Shown here: piece by piece, positions 29,600-40,855 of the stretch | Numbering within the stretch: position 1 is the first letter of the stretch | Layout: every line of letters begins with the position of its first letter | Origin: Utricularia gibba | Lineage: Eukaryota; Plantae; Magnoliophyta | DNA: 64,000 bases | Assembly: GCA_002189035.1 (NCBI GenBank) | Contig: NEEC01000010.1 | Coordinates: forward strand, 558,001 to 622,000 | Reading direction: 5' to 3' | Translations under genes and position numbers: made by a program | The notes under the pieces: model-generated | Told to the model about the DNA's origin: nothing | The model's input: the letters and a program-made list of their open reading frames with translations, nothing else | Databases searched by the model: none

Positions 29600-30400
29600 A
29601 TGTATCCAAGTGTAGTTATTCTTTGTATTATATCTTCAAAGTTTTTATGAATGTTATATCTCAATTTCTTTTCTAGGTGTTTCCTTAGACTTTAAATAGA
29701 GGCTTTCCAAGCATCATTGAGTGTGAGTATGTCTTAGTCTCATCAAGTGAAAATGGATGTAGCAGATTTGGTAGAGGAGAAGAATCCAATTTTTGGGATG
29801 GAATCGATGTTTTTGTATCTGATTTGATGACTTAGGGTCGATTTTGGACAATCACAAAAGCGATAAAAAATATTAAAGATTTTTACGTGAAAACTGCTAT
29901 GATGGAAGATCATAGAATTTGGGAAGCTCATTGAAGAAGTTTTCATTAGGAAAAAAAAAAAGAGAGGATTACAAACTAAGCAACTAATGCAAAATGCCTT
30001 CCTTCTCAATGGAACTCCTATTTTTAGAGGAGATCTAGCCAATCGGTTATGAAAGAGTTAGTTACTTTCTCCATTTGATAGGATATGTTTGATCTCATTT
30101 ATGATCCTACTGATAGATAACCACTGCATGTTTTGAATTTGTATAAATTAACTGTTTTTTCAAACTATCCTAGAGTGACAGGGATCTGATGCTTCTTTTT
30201 TCCTATTTTCTTCAAGGATGTATTTGCTTTATAGGTTGTCTTGGACCGATTTGCGCTTGTTGACCGATTTATTGTTTGTGGGCTGATTAATTATTACTAT
30301 TATGTTTGGTAGCTGATTTTCATCCTATGGCTGATTCATGTGAAGTTTAATGCATTATGTTTTTGTCATGATTTGAAGATTAAATCTAATCTAAGACTAA
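29600..30400 (+). mobile_element. Possible 3' fragment of an L1 LINE
   Basis: Weak resemblance to the zf-RVT region (SNFWDG, RGLQTK) followed by a T-rich tail. No decisive motif. Confidence 0.25.
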
Positions 30401-30860
30401 TACAACTCTATAATAAAATACAGTAAAATAATAAACATGTGAATTTGATTACTATCTAGAATAAGATACTGCAATGTCTTAAGACTTGTAGGAGTAACAT
30501 GCTTATTACTATACTTATCCCATTCAATCAATTAACCACTCATCTAATAAAGAAAAAGTTCAAATCTACCTACATTTTTGTTTTCTCTCAATTTTTGATT
30601 TATCTCTAACTAGAGTTGTTTAATATGAAAATCATTACTTATCTCTCTTGGATCTATCTTGCTTTGATAAGAAATTAATGTGATTATTGAACTAATATAG
30701 TCTAATGAGCAATAATCATGCACACTCTCTTTTGTATCAAAACGTCATATGCATTTAGCTATTCATGATGATGGAAGATAAAACAAGTTCATCACATAAC
30801 ATGAAAAACATATTCATGTCATAGATTGGCAAAGAGAAAGTAAACAATAACAAGAAATTA
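30380..30860 (-). mobile_element. Old A-family LTR remnant
   Basis: CTACCTACATTTTTGTTTTCTCTC...TAACTAGAGTTG...GGATCTATC aligns with ~52745-52850. Confidence 0.5.
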
Positions 30861-31347
30861 AAATAGTTTCCAATAAAGTGCTAAAGTAGTATTCTTTATC
30901 TACTACAGGTTGGGAGTAGTGTTCCTATCGAAGAGTAAATTCTGCAGGTTAAGTTGTGATACGAAGAGTAAAATAATTTAGTGTTACCCGAGTTGACGAA
31001 GGCTGTGGACCCACTCTGGAAAAGATTTTTCCAGCAGGGAATCATTTATTAAAATTTCGTCCCCTAGCCAGCTAATCTAGGTGACACGTGGCGGCACGGC
31101 CGGCTTTCTTCTCCCTATTTTTCTGGCCTATTTTTATATTAATTTCGGAAATTCCGGTCAATGTCATAAGATCTCGTTTATTAGTTGGTGTTGTTTCCTC
31201 GATATTTATGTATTTCTTTATTTATTTTCTTTGGTTGTTGGAATTTTCACGGTTTTAGTGCGAAAACGTTGGGTGGGGCGGGCTGCGCCATGGGCTTGGA
31301 ACCATATTCGGTTGTTTAAAAAGAGGTGCCGTGACTGGTGTTGTTGT

Positions 31348-31359
31348 TCCCCTGGTTTT
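31348..31359 (+). promoter_or_regulatory. HRPE-like (hypoxia-responsive promoter element) motif upstream of pyruvate kinase
   Basis: TCCCCTGGTTTT (reverse AAAACCAGGGGA) is one mismatch from AAACCA(G/C)(G/C)(G/C)GC and lies 85 bp before the ATG. Confidence 0.35.
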
Positions 31360-31443
31360 TCTCCTCCTCGAAGGCTTGAAGAGCACGAAAGGGCGTTCTA
31401 ACAGGATACCCTTCTTCCGAATATTTGAATCTGTGAACCAAAC

Positions 31444-34400
31444 ATGCATTCTAATCATCTGTTGCTGGAGGAGCCCATACGGATGGCTACTATTTTGGAG
31501 CCATCCAAAGCGGTGAGAGTTTGATGCCTTTGGTGTTGCAGATCTGTGGTTTTCCGTGGTGGGTATGGGTTTTGTTTCACTAATACGGTTTTTTGGACGA
31601 CAGAGTTTCTTCCCTGCAATGACGAAGATCGTGGGGACCTTGGGTCCGAGTTCTCGATCGGTTGAAGTTATCTCCGCTTGTCTTAAAGCTGGGATGTCAG
31701 GTAACCGACTTAGAATCCTGTTTTTTTTTTTTTTTCTTTTGCAGTGTTTTGACGTGTTATTATTAAATCTTTGTGTGCGTGTGTGTGTGCTTGGCAGTGG
31801 CAAGATTCGATTTTTCATGGCGTGATGCAGAGTATCATCAGGAAACCCTGGAAAATTTGAGGGCCTCTGTGAAGAGTTCTGGGAAACTCTGCGCTGTATG
31901 TGTTTATTCTTGACATCATTAGTTTTTTTTTTCCGCATGGACGGTCCGCCTCTATTCGTTTTTGTTTTATTCCGAGAAAAATAAACACTTGGCGTATAAA
32001 TGAAGGGTTCTTAGTCACGTCTCAATTATGGCAATTCTTGGAAACCAATTTTGTTTGGTTTCTTGATGAGTTACTAGTGATCTTCTAATATGATCATTTG
32101 ACTTTTGGAACCTTGTCAAACAATGATCTCTTATAACTTTGTGCAGATCATGTTGGACACTGTTGGCCCTGAGTTGCAAGTGGTCAACAAAAGTGAGAAG
32201 TCAATAACGCTTAAGTTGGATGACAAGGTTATTCTCACTCCTGATCAGGGTCAGGAAGCTTCAAATGAATTATTGCCAATCAACTTTGGTGGATTAGCCA
32301 AGGTGAGGCTGTTTTATTTATTCCTCTGTATGTCTTGTTAGCATTGCTCCAGGTGTCTTCTGATCATTGTGAGAATCAGAGCCCTTCGGATACTCAATCT
32401 ATCCCATTACATTTGTAGATAATAATCGCACTCCCTGATTCACTTATCCTCGGATGTCTACAGGCTGTGAAGAAGGGAGATACTATTTTTGTCGGACATT
32501 ACCTTTTTACAGGAAGTGAGACTACTTCAGTTTGGCTCGAGGTTGATCTCAAGATGAATTCTGATTATTGCATTTTTCTTATGTAAATGATGCAATGGCT
32601 GTTTTCCTTTTTTTTTTTTTTTTCTTGCTGGATAAAGCATTGCATCCTTTTTTTAGAGTTGTATTTGGGTCATGCGGATTGTTTGTTATTTGTTCCACCT
32701 ACTCATATACGTTGATGTTGTCTGTTTCCATGATCAGGTGGATGAAGTCAAAGGTAATGATGTTGTTTGTGTTATCAAGAATTCGGCAACATTAGCTGGA
32801 TCCTTGTTTACGTTGCATGCCTCACAAGTTAAAATTGATCTGCCCACTCTATCTGAAAAGGACAAAGAGGTGAGAAAGAAAAGCATCATGTTGGAAATGT
32901 TGTTCAGTTTACTTGAACGACTAGACTGCAAATTTGAGCAGTTCCCATGTTTTATTTCCTCTCGAAAAGTCTCATTTCATTTGACAGGTTATTAGTACAT
33001 GGGGTGTTCAGAACAAGATAGACTTTTTGTCATTGTCATATACGCGCCATGCTGAGGACATTCGCCAGGTATGTTGTGAAATATGTAATTTCTTTGCACT
33101 TTTAGCCCATATTCTCCTCCATTCTTATGATATATATATATATATGTGTGTGTGTGTGATGGCCCTTAGGTACGGGAGCTTCTTAGCAAACTTGGTGATC
33201 TAAGCCAGACTCAAATATTTGCTAAGATAGAAACTGTTGAGGTGAGAGTATTCTGATCATCATAAACGATTATATTTCGTATTTAATAGCTCACTGCCAG
33301 TTTTATTTGTGTCGTGTGCGCAGGGTTTAACGCATTTTGATGAGATCCTTCAAGTGGCAGATGGTATCATTCTTTCCCGTGGTAATCTTGGTATAGATCT
33401 CCCACCAGAGAAGGTTAGATGAGTTTGAGTGAAATCTTTATTACCTGCCTTATTTAAGTGAAATGTGTTTCTATGGTATTATGGCATCATCCAATATCTT
33501 CCTAATCTCATCTTGCTGCTGCATTTTCCATTTATATGTGATGTAGCTACAGGAATCTTTCTTACTTTCTTGTAGGTGTTCTTGTTCCAAAAGTCTGCTG
33601 TCTACAAATGTAACATGGCCGGAAAGCCAGCAGTGGTAACTCGTGTTGTTGATAGCATGACTGATAATCTAAGGCCAACTCGTGCTGAGGCAACTGATGT
33701 TGCCAATGCTGTTTTAGATGGTGAGTTAAAACATCAAATGCCATAGAACAAAAGACAAAACTCCATCGACTAAAAATGTTCGTTTTCATTTATATGTTTC
33801 AGGATGTGATGCAATTCTTCTTGGTGCCGAGACATTGCGTGGATTGTACCCAATAGAAACAATTACTACTGTAGGCAAGATATGCTCTGAGGTGAAACCT
33901 AAATCCCATCATGCATCAGATTTCCATGCGATGCTTGTTTTTTCATGATCACTTTGATATTATCCCTGCTTTCTCTTCTGGGCAATGTTTACTGACGTCC
34001 GTTGTCTGCATTTTTAATGTAGTCTGAAAAGGTTTTTAATCAAGATCAGTACTTCAAAAATACTGTCAAATTTGTTGGTGAACCTATGACCCACTTGGAA
34101 TCTATTGCATCTTCTGCTGTAAGAACAAGATCCGGGGTTCTTTTTTTTTTTTGTGAATTCCTTCTCAATGTGTTCTGGGTATTTGCATAGTCTTATACCT
34201 ATCTCGCTGTCAGGTACGAGCTGCCATTAAAGTAAAAGCGTCTGTTATCATATGCTTTACCTCCTCCGGAAGGGCGGCTAGGCAAGTGAAGGATCATTCT
34301 AAATGCCATAAAATGATCCATCCTGTGGGATAGTCATTGTAACCTTTTTTCCATGTGCGTAGGTTGATTTCAAAGTATAGGCCTACAATGCCTGTTCTGT

Positions 34401-34838
34401 CTGTTGTCATCCCTCGCCTCAAGACAAATCAGTTAAGGTGGAGCTTTAGTGGAGCATTTGAGGTATCATCGAGAATCTCCATGCCATCCTCCATCTGTCG
34501 ATTCTTGGTGTCTTCTTGTGATTGATTTATGGAGCCATCCCTGACTTTCAGGCAAGGCAGTCACTCATAGTACGGGGCCTTTTCCCTTTGCTGGCGGATC
34601 CTCGGCACCCCGTAAGTCGTTCTCCTCCGCACCATCGTCATCCTATGCATTTGTCTTGAGCCATTTTGGTTGTACGGTGATGCAGGCCGAGTCAACAAAC
34701 TCGATGGATGAGTCAGTTCTTAAGGTGGCACTCGACCATGGAAAAGCTGCTGGAGTCATCAAGTCGCACGACCGCGTGGTCATCTGCCAGAAAGTGGGAG
34801 ATGCTTCTGTCGTGAAGATAATCGAGCTTGAAGACTGA
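31444..34838 (+). CDS. PK: Cytosolic pyruvate kinase, 16 exons, 527 aa
   Basis: Exons 31444-31512, 31604-31700, 31798-31895, 32147-32302, 32464-32541, 32738-32869, 32988-33068, 33170-33241, 33324-33413, 33576-33720, 33803-33891, 34023-34118, 34214-34281, 34363-34462, 34552-34611, 34686-34838 (1584 nt, open frame). Motifs [62 protein letters not shown]. Confidence 0.97.
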
Positions 34839-35745
34839 CTGCTGCTCTGTTGTCGGCAAATTTTGATCGAATGCGGCGTATTTTTGCGACCAAGGAACCC
34901 TCGGGTGTTCGAAACTGAAACTGACCGCATCATTAGGTAGCGCAGCTGCTCATTTCTCGGTTGAGCTATCTACAGTGAGCTAGCAATAACCTAAATCATA
35001 TCAGTTTTATCACAACACTTGTTGCCGTTATGCAAGCCGTTTAACCTGTTCTTCTATGCCATCCACTCCGTGTAAAGAGTATTACAGAAGGTTCGGGTGA
35101 ATAGGCAAGTGAGGGAAAGGAGGGAGCAACAACAAAATGGGAATTGCTTACCTCAAGTGTGAAGCAGTGCTTCCTCGTGATCCTGGCCACAATAATGAGG
35201 AAGCAAGTGATTCGCCAGTGGAAAGGAGCTCGCTCCACGTGCGGTGTTTTTGTTAACGAATGTCTGATTTCCTGTTCAACCATGGATCCATGCTCATGCC
35301 TTCATGTCCATGTATCACGAGCTGCACCCATGTCTACCACACCACAGATGCTGACGACACATGTCCGTGCATATCACTGTTTTAGAGTAACCATGAGACG
35401 GGCAGTGTCTGCTGAACACGGAGCCAGGTGAATTTCCCTTATGAGCCGCCACATCCTGGACCTGGGGGCACATCAAAAATAGTAAGCGTCTCCAGCTGAG
35501 AAGAAAGCATGGAAAACAAGGCAGACTTACTTCTCAACATACCAGAGCCGTGGCTAAGCCACCACCGTTGTCTCTCTTCCTTCACCCTCAGATACCGTTG
35601 AGAGTCGGAACACAAAATAAATTGAAGAAAAATGCAGGAATATTTGTGTTTCCGGATTGCCGAATGGAAGCAAAACAGACTGCTGTTTATTACATGAACA
35701 GATTCTACGGGATGGCACAGATCCATCCCCATTATTCGCTGCTGG

Positions 35746-36852
35746 CTATTTTCGGTGGACGGATAAAGGTGTTGGTAAGAGATGATGATGACGAAGCAAG
35801 TCAAGCTGCTTTCCGCGGATTATGAGCGCCATTCTTTCGTTCTCCAATTTCAAACGCTCATTCGTCAGCTTTTCCGTTTCCAGCTCCTTTTCTTTCTTCT
35901 TGCTGAACTTCATCCACCTGAGTTTCTCCTTCTCCAGCTCGAAAGCCTGCGAAGCGATGTTCACCCCTCGTTGTTCCAATCCCGTCAATCTTCTCTTCAT
36001 CCATTCACTTTTTTCCATCATGTTCTTCGCCCCATCTTGTAGCACGCTCATCACGTCAGCTTCCAGCTCTTGAACCACGCCTGAGTATTCCACCCCTTTG
36101 CCTTTTAGGATCTTCCTCGATGCTAATTCATCCGTTTCGTCACTCATCTCGTTGCCGTCTTCTTCATCCGTCTCATCACTCTCAGCCTCTTCGTACACGT
36201 TAGGTGGATTTGAGAGCATACGGCCCTTCTGTTGCTGTTGTGGATTGGGGGCTGATTCATGGTGAAAACCTGCTCCTCCGCCACAGCTGTTGTGATAATC
36301 AAACATCTCCTTGAAGAACAAGTGCTTAGAATTGATGAGTTTCTTCACTTCTTCTCTCAAATGGGGAGACAGATGATCCAATTTATCAACCAAACTGGGA
36401 TTCTCCACAACTCTGGATGAATTCCCCTTCCCCAGAATATCGATAGCCCTCTTGTACCTCTTGTTGAGATCGTTGAACTTGTCTTCACACTGTTGAGGAG
36501 AAACATTGAACCCCTTTTCGATCATCGCATATGAAACCATTTTCCATTTCCCCTTCTTCAGCCCAACTCCTCCACCTCTCTTCTTATCATGACCCTCTGA
36601 AACAACATCATCATCAATGAAGTAAACGACCGTGATCAGTATTCTCACCATGTCATCACTCCATTTCATCCTTTTCCATGTAGAAATCTTCCTTTTCCCA
36701 TTCTCCCCAACGCTTTCAGCTCCAGCTTCATCATCAGTCAGAGTCAAAGTTTGGATCATGGGATTTGGGGCAGATGGATGGTCCAGTTTTGAAGATTTCT
36801 GGGACACGGGGAGCAGTTTTTGGAGCTGCAGGTGATGGTTGTGGAATGACAT
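35746..36852 (-). CDS. HRA1: Trihelix transcription factor, GT-gamma clade, HRA1-like; intronless CDS
   Basis: WKRMKWSDDMVRILI, KKGKWKMVS.AM.EKGF.VSPQQCEDKFNDLNKRYK, KKLINSKHLFFKEM, and a C-terminal coiled coil. First in-frame ATG at 36852; a CTG start at 36924 is possible (see findings). Symbol is by family similarity; orthology not tested. Confidence 0.92.
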   Translation of the reverse strand: MSFHNHHLQLQKLLPVSQKSSKLDHPSAPNPMIQTLTLTDDEAGAESVGENGKRKISTWKRMKWSDDMVRILITVVYFIDDDVVSEGHDKKRGGGVGLKKGKWKMVSYAMIEKGFNVSPQQCEDKFNDLNKRYKRAIDILGKGNSSRVVENPSLVDKLDHLSPHLREEVKKLINSKHLFFKEMFDYHNSCGGGAGFHHESAPNPQQQQKGRMLSNPPNVYEEAESDETDEEDGNEMSDETDELASRKILKGKGVEYSGVVQELEADVMSVLQDGAKNMMEKSEWMKRRLTGLEQRGVNIASQAFELEKEKLRWMKFSKKKEKELETEKLTNERLKLENERMALIIRGKQLDLLRHHHLLPTPLSVHRK

Positions 36853-37010
36853 TTGTAGACCAACGTTTGGAAGTTGAAAGTCCGGAGAAAGTTCAAAAGC
36901 ATGATTCCCAGATACATACTCCAGAGTTATAACCAAGAAGACAACTTGATCTGTCAGAGAGAGAACAACTTGAATCCGACAGGAAGAAGAGGCAACAATC
37001 CGCAGGAGCA

Positions 37011-37021
37011 GCAGCTGGTTT
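37011..37021 (-). promoter_or_regulatory. HRPE-like motif upstream of the HRA1-like gene
   Basis: AAACCAGCTGC on the gene strand, one mismatch to the HRPE consensus. Confidence 0.4.
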
Positions 37022-37276
37022 ACTGTTAGTCCTGCTGCTTGTTTTCAAACTTTGCCCATGGTTTCCAAGGATCTCATGTCTTCCATCTACAGCTTCATTT
37101 ATTTGTTTATTGATTATAACAAGACAAATTCAAACCTTCCCGAGTGCTGATGTCTATGTATGCTGAGGGTGCAGACTAGAGACTTGAATATAAGACAAAA
37201 ACTAATACAAAATCAAGTTTGGTAAGAACTGAATTGTGCATGTAATTTTCATTTTATTATAATAAAACTATAGCTA

Positions 37277-38383
37277 TGTTTGAAAAAATTACTTCAAAAT
37301 TAAAAATTTTACTAAAATAAGAATTTATATATGTTTGAAACTATTTTTTTAGAATGATTAATAGAAAATAAATTTATGGTTGAAATATAAAATTGATTTT
37401 AATAAGTAAATTACATGTTTATTCATATTTATTAATAATTATATTTTATAAATTTATAATTTGAAAATATTATATATATATTATTTATATTATAAAAATA
37501 TTATATGATTTTGAAATTATATTTATGTTATTATTTTAATTTAAATATATTTATATTAAATTATAATTTAAAGATTAAAGTAATTATAATTATTTATAAA
37601 ATGAGTATAATGTTCTTTTAATTTTACAATCACCTCTCGAAAATCAATTTTTATATAAAAACTCATCTTATGTTTCTCATAGAAGTGAAATGATTCTAAA
37701 AAATTAATTCTCATAAAATAAATTTAATATACATTTGAATAGAATTAATTTTGATGATTTCTAAACGTTGTTTAAAATAACGTTTGGAAAAATCACTTCA
37801 AAATTAATTTTAACATAATTAAAAATTTTAATAGAATGAAAATTTGTATATATTTGGAATTGGTTTTTGAGAAATATTATTATAAAATTGATTAATGTTT
37901 GGAGAGTAAAAAAAGAAGAATTGATTTTTATAAATAAATTACATATTTACTCATATTTATTAATAATTATATTTTATAAATTTATTGTAATAAAATATAT
38001 TATATAACATCAATATTTATCAAATTATTTAAATTATTTAAATTAATTATAATTGTGTTATTGATTGAAAATTTGTAAAAGTCTAATCCATATAGTAGAA
38101 TAATTTTTTTAAAAAAAAATACAAATTACTATTATTTTAAAAAGTGGTATTACTTGTAATTTTATATTAATAAATGGATATAAGAGTAAATTTATTTGTT
38201 AAAATCAATTGTGAAAAAATAATTATGTATGAAAATTATATATCTATGGTTATGTGAGAATAGAGTTGATTCTCAAAAATCAATTCTCATAGAAGAAAAT
38301 CGAGTATATATTTGGAAGTTAAAATTAATTCTACGAGAATGGAATTGAATTTAGGAAAATAGAAATGGTTTCCAAATGAGGCC
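37277..38383. mobile_element. Two tandem degenerate Tourist/PIF-like MITE copies
   Basis: Related AT-rich units start GTTTG(A/G)AAAAAT(T/C)ACTTCAAAATT at ~37278 and ~37782. The right end TTCCAAATGAGGCC resembles a PIF/Harbinger-type TIR. TSDs not resolved. Confidence 0.5.
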
Positions 38384-39022
38384 TAATATTACTCAAAATC
38401 CGACAGAGAGCTTCTGTGCGACGTGTTGTGTCCACTCTGTATTCATTGATCATTCGATATTTGGGCCTCAAGGTGTTGCAGAGGGTACGGGCCGATTCTG
38501 GGCCCTGGGGCCCAAAAAGAGCATGTGGTGTGGGCCTGCAGAAAACACATGAAACTGCATCCGCATGGCGTGTCTTAAATGATCATATTTATGGATTGGT
38601 AAGAGGCCAGCAATAATTGGCATTCGAAGCTTTCATGTCGTCCCCCGCTCCCCAGATGAAACCATCTTCGGTATCGCCAAATTCCTGAATACCACATTTG
38701 GTTGCTCTCCTGTAACTCATTCCTTGTGAACTTTTTATGCAAATAATAACATCACAGATCACCACAAATTCTATGAATAAGAACTGGATATTTGTGTTTT
38801 TTTCTGACAAATCGTAGCCCTGATCGTACAAGACCTTCTCAAGAATCACCCCTCATGTGTCTCCATCTCTTGTTAGGATCACTGAACTGAACTGGTGTAT
38901 CCCTCTGTCCGTTTCACGTCCCTAAACAGAGATTATTCACGGGCTGTTGCTACTTATAGTCATACTTGTACAGCAGTGATCCCCTGTGCTTTTGCCTGCT
39001 GGACGAAAGATTCTTTGCAAAT

Positions 39023-39133
39023 GGTCCATTTGAACCCCTCCTGCAACTACACATTTAGGCATAAATAAAAGAAGAAAACACAAAATACAGCAGTCTAATA
39101 ATACAGCTTCCGGGGTCCATTTGAACCCCTCCT
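39023..39133 (+). promoter_or_regulatory. Exact 20-bp direct repeat upstream of the LMI1-like gene
   Basis: GGTCCATTTGAACCCCTCCT at 39023-39042 and 39114-39133. Confidence 0.6.
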
Positions 39134-39699
39134 TGCATTGTATGGTAACTCCCTTCCTTGATCTTCTGTGGGAAGCAAGTCAGAATCAAAAGTCATTCTT
39201 CCTGGGACTCAGAAATTTGAAGGGTTCTCAATTATATTATTTTGGGTTTAAAAAGACAGAGAGACAGGCAGGGGAAAGGAAGCGAGAGAGACACATTGTC
39301 AGAAAGGTGCAAGGGACCAGATCGTGACTAGTGATCACAAGATGAATCCTTGCCCCAACCAACACGAGCTTCAAATCTTCAGTTTTATGGTTATGGTTTT
39401 TATTGTATTGTATTGTGAATTTTGATGTATCTCGTTCTCTCTCTTGCGGACACCCACATCACACCTCCCTCTATTTATTACGTGCATCCAAAGATGTGGG
39501 GTAAATGGATCTTTAGAAAAATGGGTGGTTTTGAAGAAGAGAAATTTCTTCTCCTTCTCTTTCCCTTTTCTAGGTTGTAGTGGTCCTCTTGTCTTCTCAT
39601 CCTCAGTCTTCTAGTATCATATCTAGCTGGGGCGAGCTTGAAGATACCAGGCCTTTCTTCTTCCTTTTCTGCTTCTTCTTTCTGGTTTGAGTGGCGAGC

Positions 39700-40855
39700 A
39701 TGGAATGGAACAACGAGAGTTACAACAAAGTGGCGGGTTTAGGCTTCGCTTCTCAGCCGGAGATCTCCATGCCCTCTATCTACAACTACTCTTATGATCA
39801 GTTTCCTGGTAAGGAAATGCAATGCTCCTGTTGCTCTGTTCTTGCATTTAGACAACTTTGCTCATCTCCTCTGCCAATCTAATGTTGAAAGCTTCTTTGA
39901 ACCCGCCTGCATTGCCTTGAGACAAGTACGCATATGCATGTTGAGACAGTCATAAAAAAGCTAGCTATGGTGTTCAGTCAAGGCATAACAGAACCATCTT
40001 CTTTTCATCTTCTTCGTCTGTGAGTTGAGTCAGTTTGTCTAGTTGTTTCTTGCATGCAATAAAACGGTGAAAGCAACGAGTGATAAACCATTTCCAAAGA
40101 AGCCAGCTTTATCTGCTTTTGCTCTGGAATCAAACTAGTACAGTACCACTTTTTTGTTTCGTCGCTTTCATGTTTAGAGGAAATCAAGCAGCAACAGCAG
40201 CAGCAGCAGCCGCAGGCATGGATCTCAGCAGCAGCATCAGGGCAAATGCTTCCATCGACATTTTTGCGTAAAAACAACGTTGGCTGCAACAACATTTATG
40301 GGCAGGAACTCAAAAAGAAGCGCCTCAGCAATGAGCAATTGGAGTCCTTGGAGAACAGCTTCCAAGAAGAAACCAAACTCGATCCCGATCGCAAAATGAA
40401 GCTCTCCAAAGATCTCGGCCTGCATCCCCGCCAAATCGCCGTCTGGTTCCAGAACCGGCGGGCCAGGTGGAAGTCGAAGCAGCTGGAAAGCTTATACGAT
40501 GCCCTGAAGCAAGAATTCGACGCGGTCTCCAGGGAAAAACAGAAGCTTCAAAAAGAGGTGTTAAGCTAATATGCTAAGCACCACCACTAGGCACTAGACG
40601 ACATCTAGTCTGCTGAAATATGTTCAACTGCAGGTTATGGCATTGCGGGCGATACTTGCCAAGAACCAAATCTCTCCGGGGTACACTAATATTTCCGGCG
40701 AAGAGACGGTGGAGAGCACGTCGGCTCGGAGCTCCGACAATCAGGCATCGGAACGCAAGGACGGCAACAGCAAGAACAACTACATCAACGTGTTAGATTA
40801 CTGCAACCCGATGATGGTCACAACTCCTCCCTACAATTGGGCTGCACTTCCTTAG
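39700..40855 (+). CDS. LMI1: HD-Zip class I homeobox-leucine zipper protein, LMI1/ATHB51/ATHB22-like, 3 exons, 236 aa
   Basis: Exons 39700-39808, 40178-40557, 40634-40855. MEW start, [50 protein letters not shown], and ISGEETVES. Confidence 0.93.
40189..40215 (+). repeat. CAG/CAA repeat encoding Q7-P-Q in LMI1 exon 2
   Basis: cag caa cag cag cag cag cag ccg cag. Confidence 0.9.

Noticed and set aside
31081-31938. 227-aa minus-strand ORF and neighbouring ORFs at the PK 5' end
   Set aside because: These are antisense or intron-spanning shadows of the PK leader and exons 1-3, with low-complexity K/R-rich translation and no domain.
39490-39699. Conserved-peptide uORF of the AtHB1 type in the HD-Zip leader
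   Set aside because: Only short uORFs with no resemblance to that peptide are present, and the gene is LMI1-like rather than AtHB1-like.
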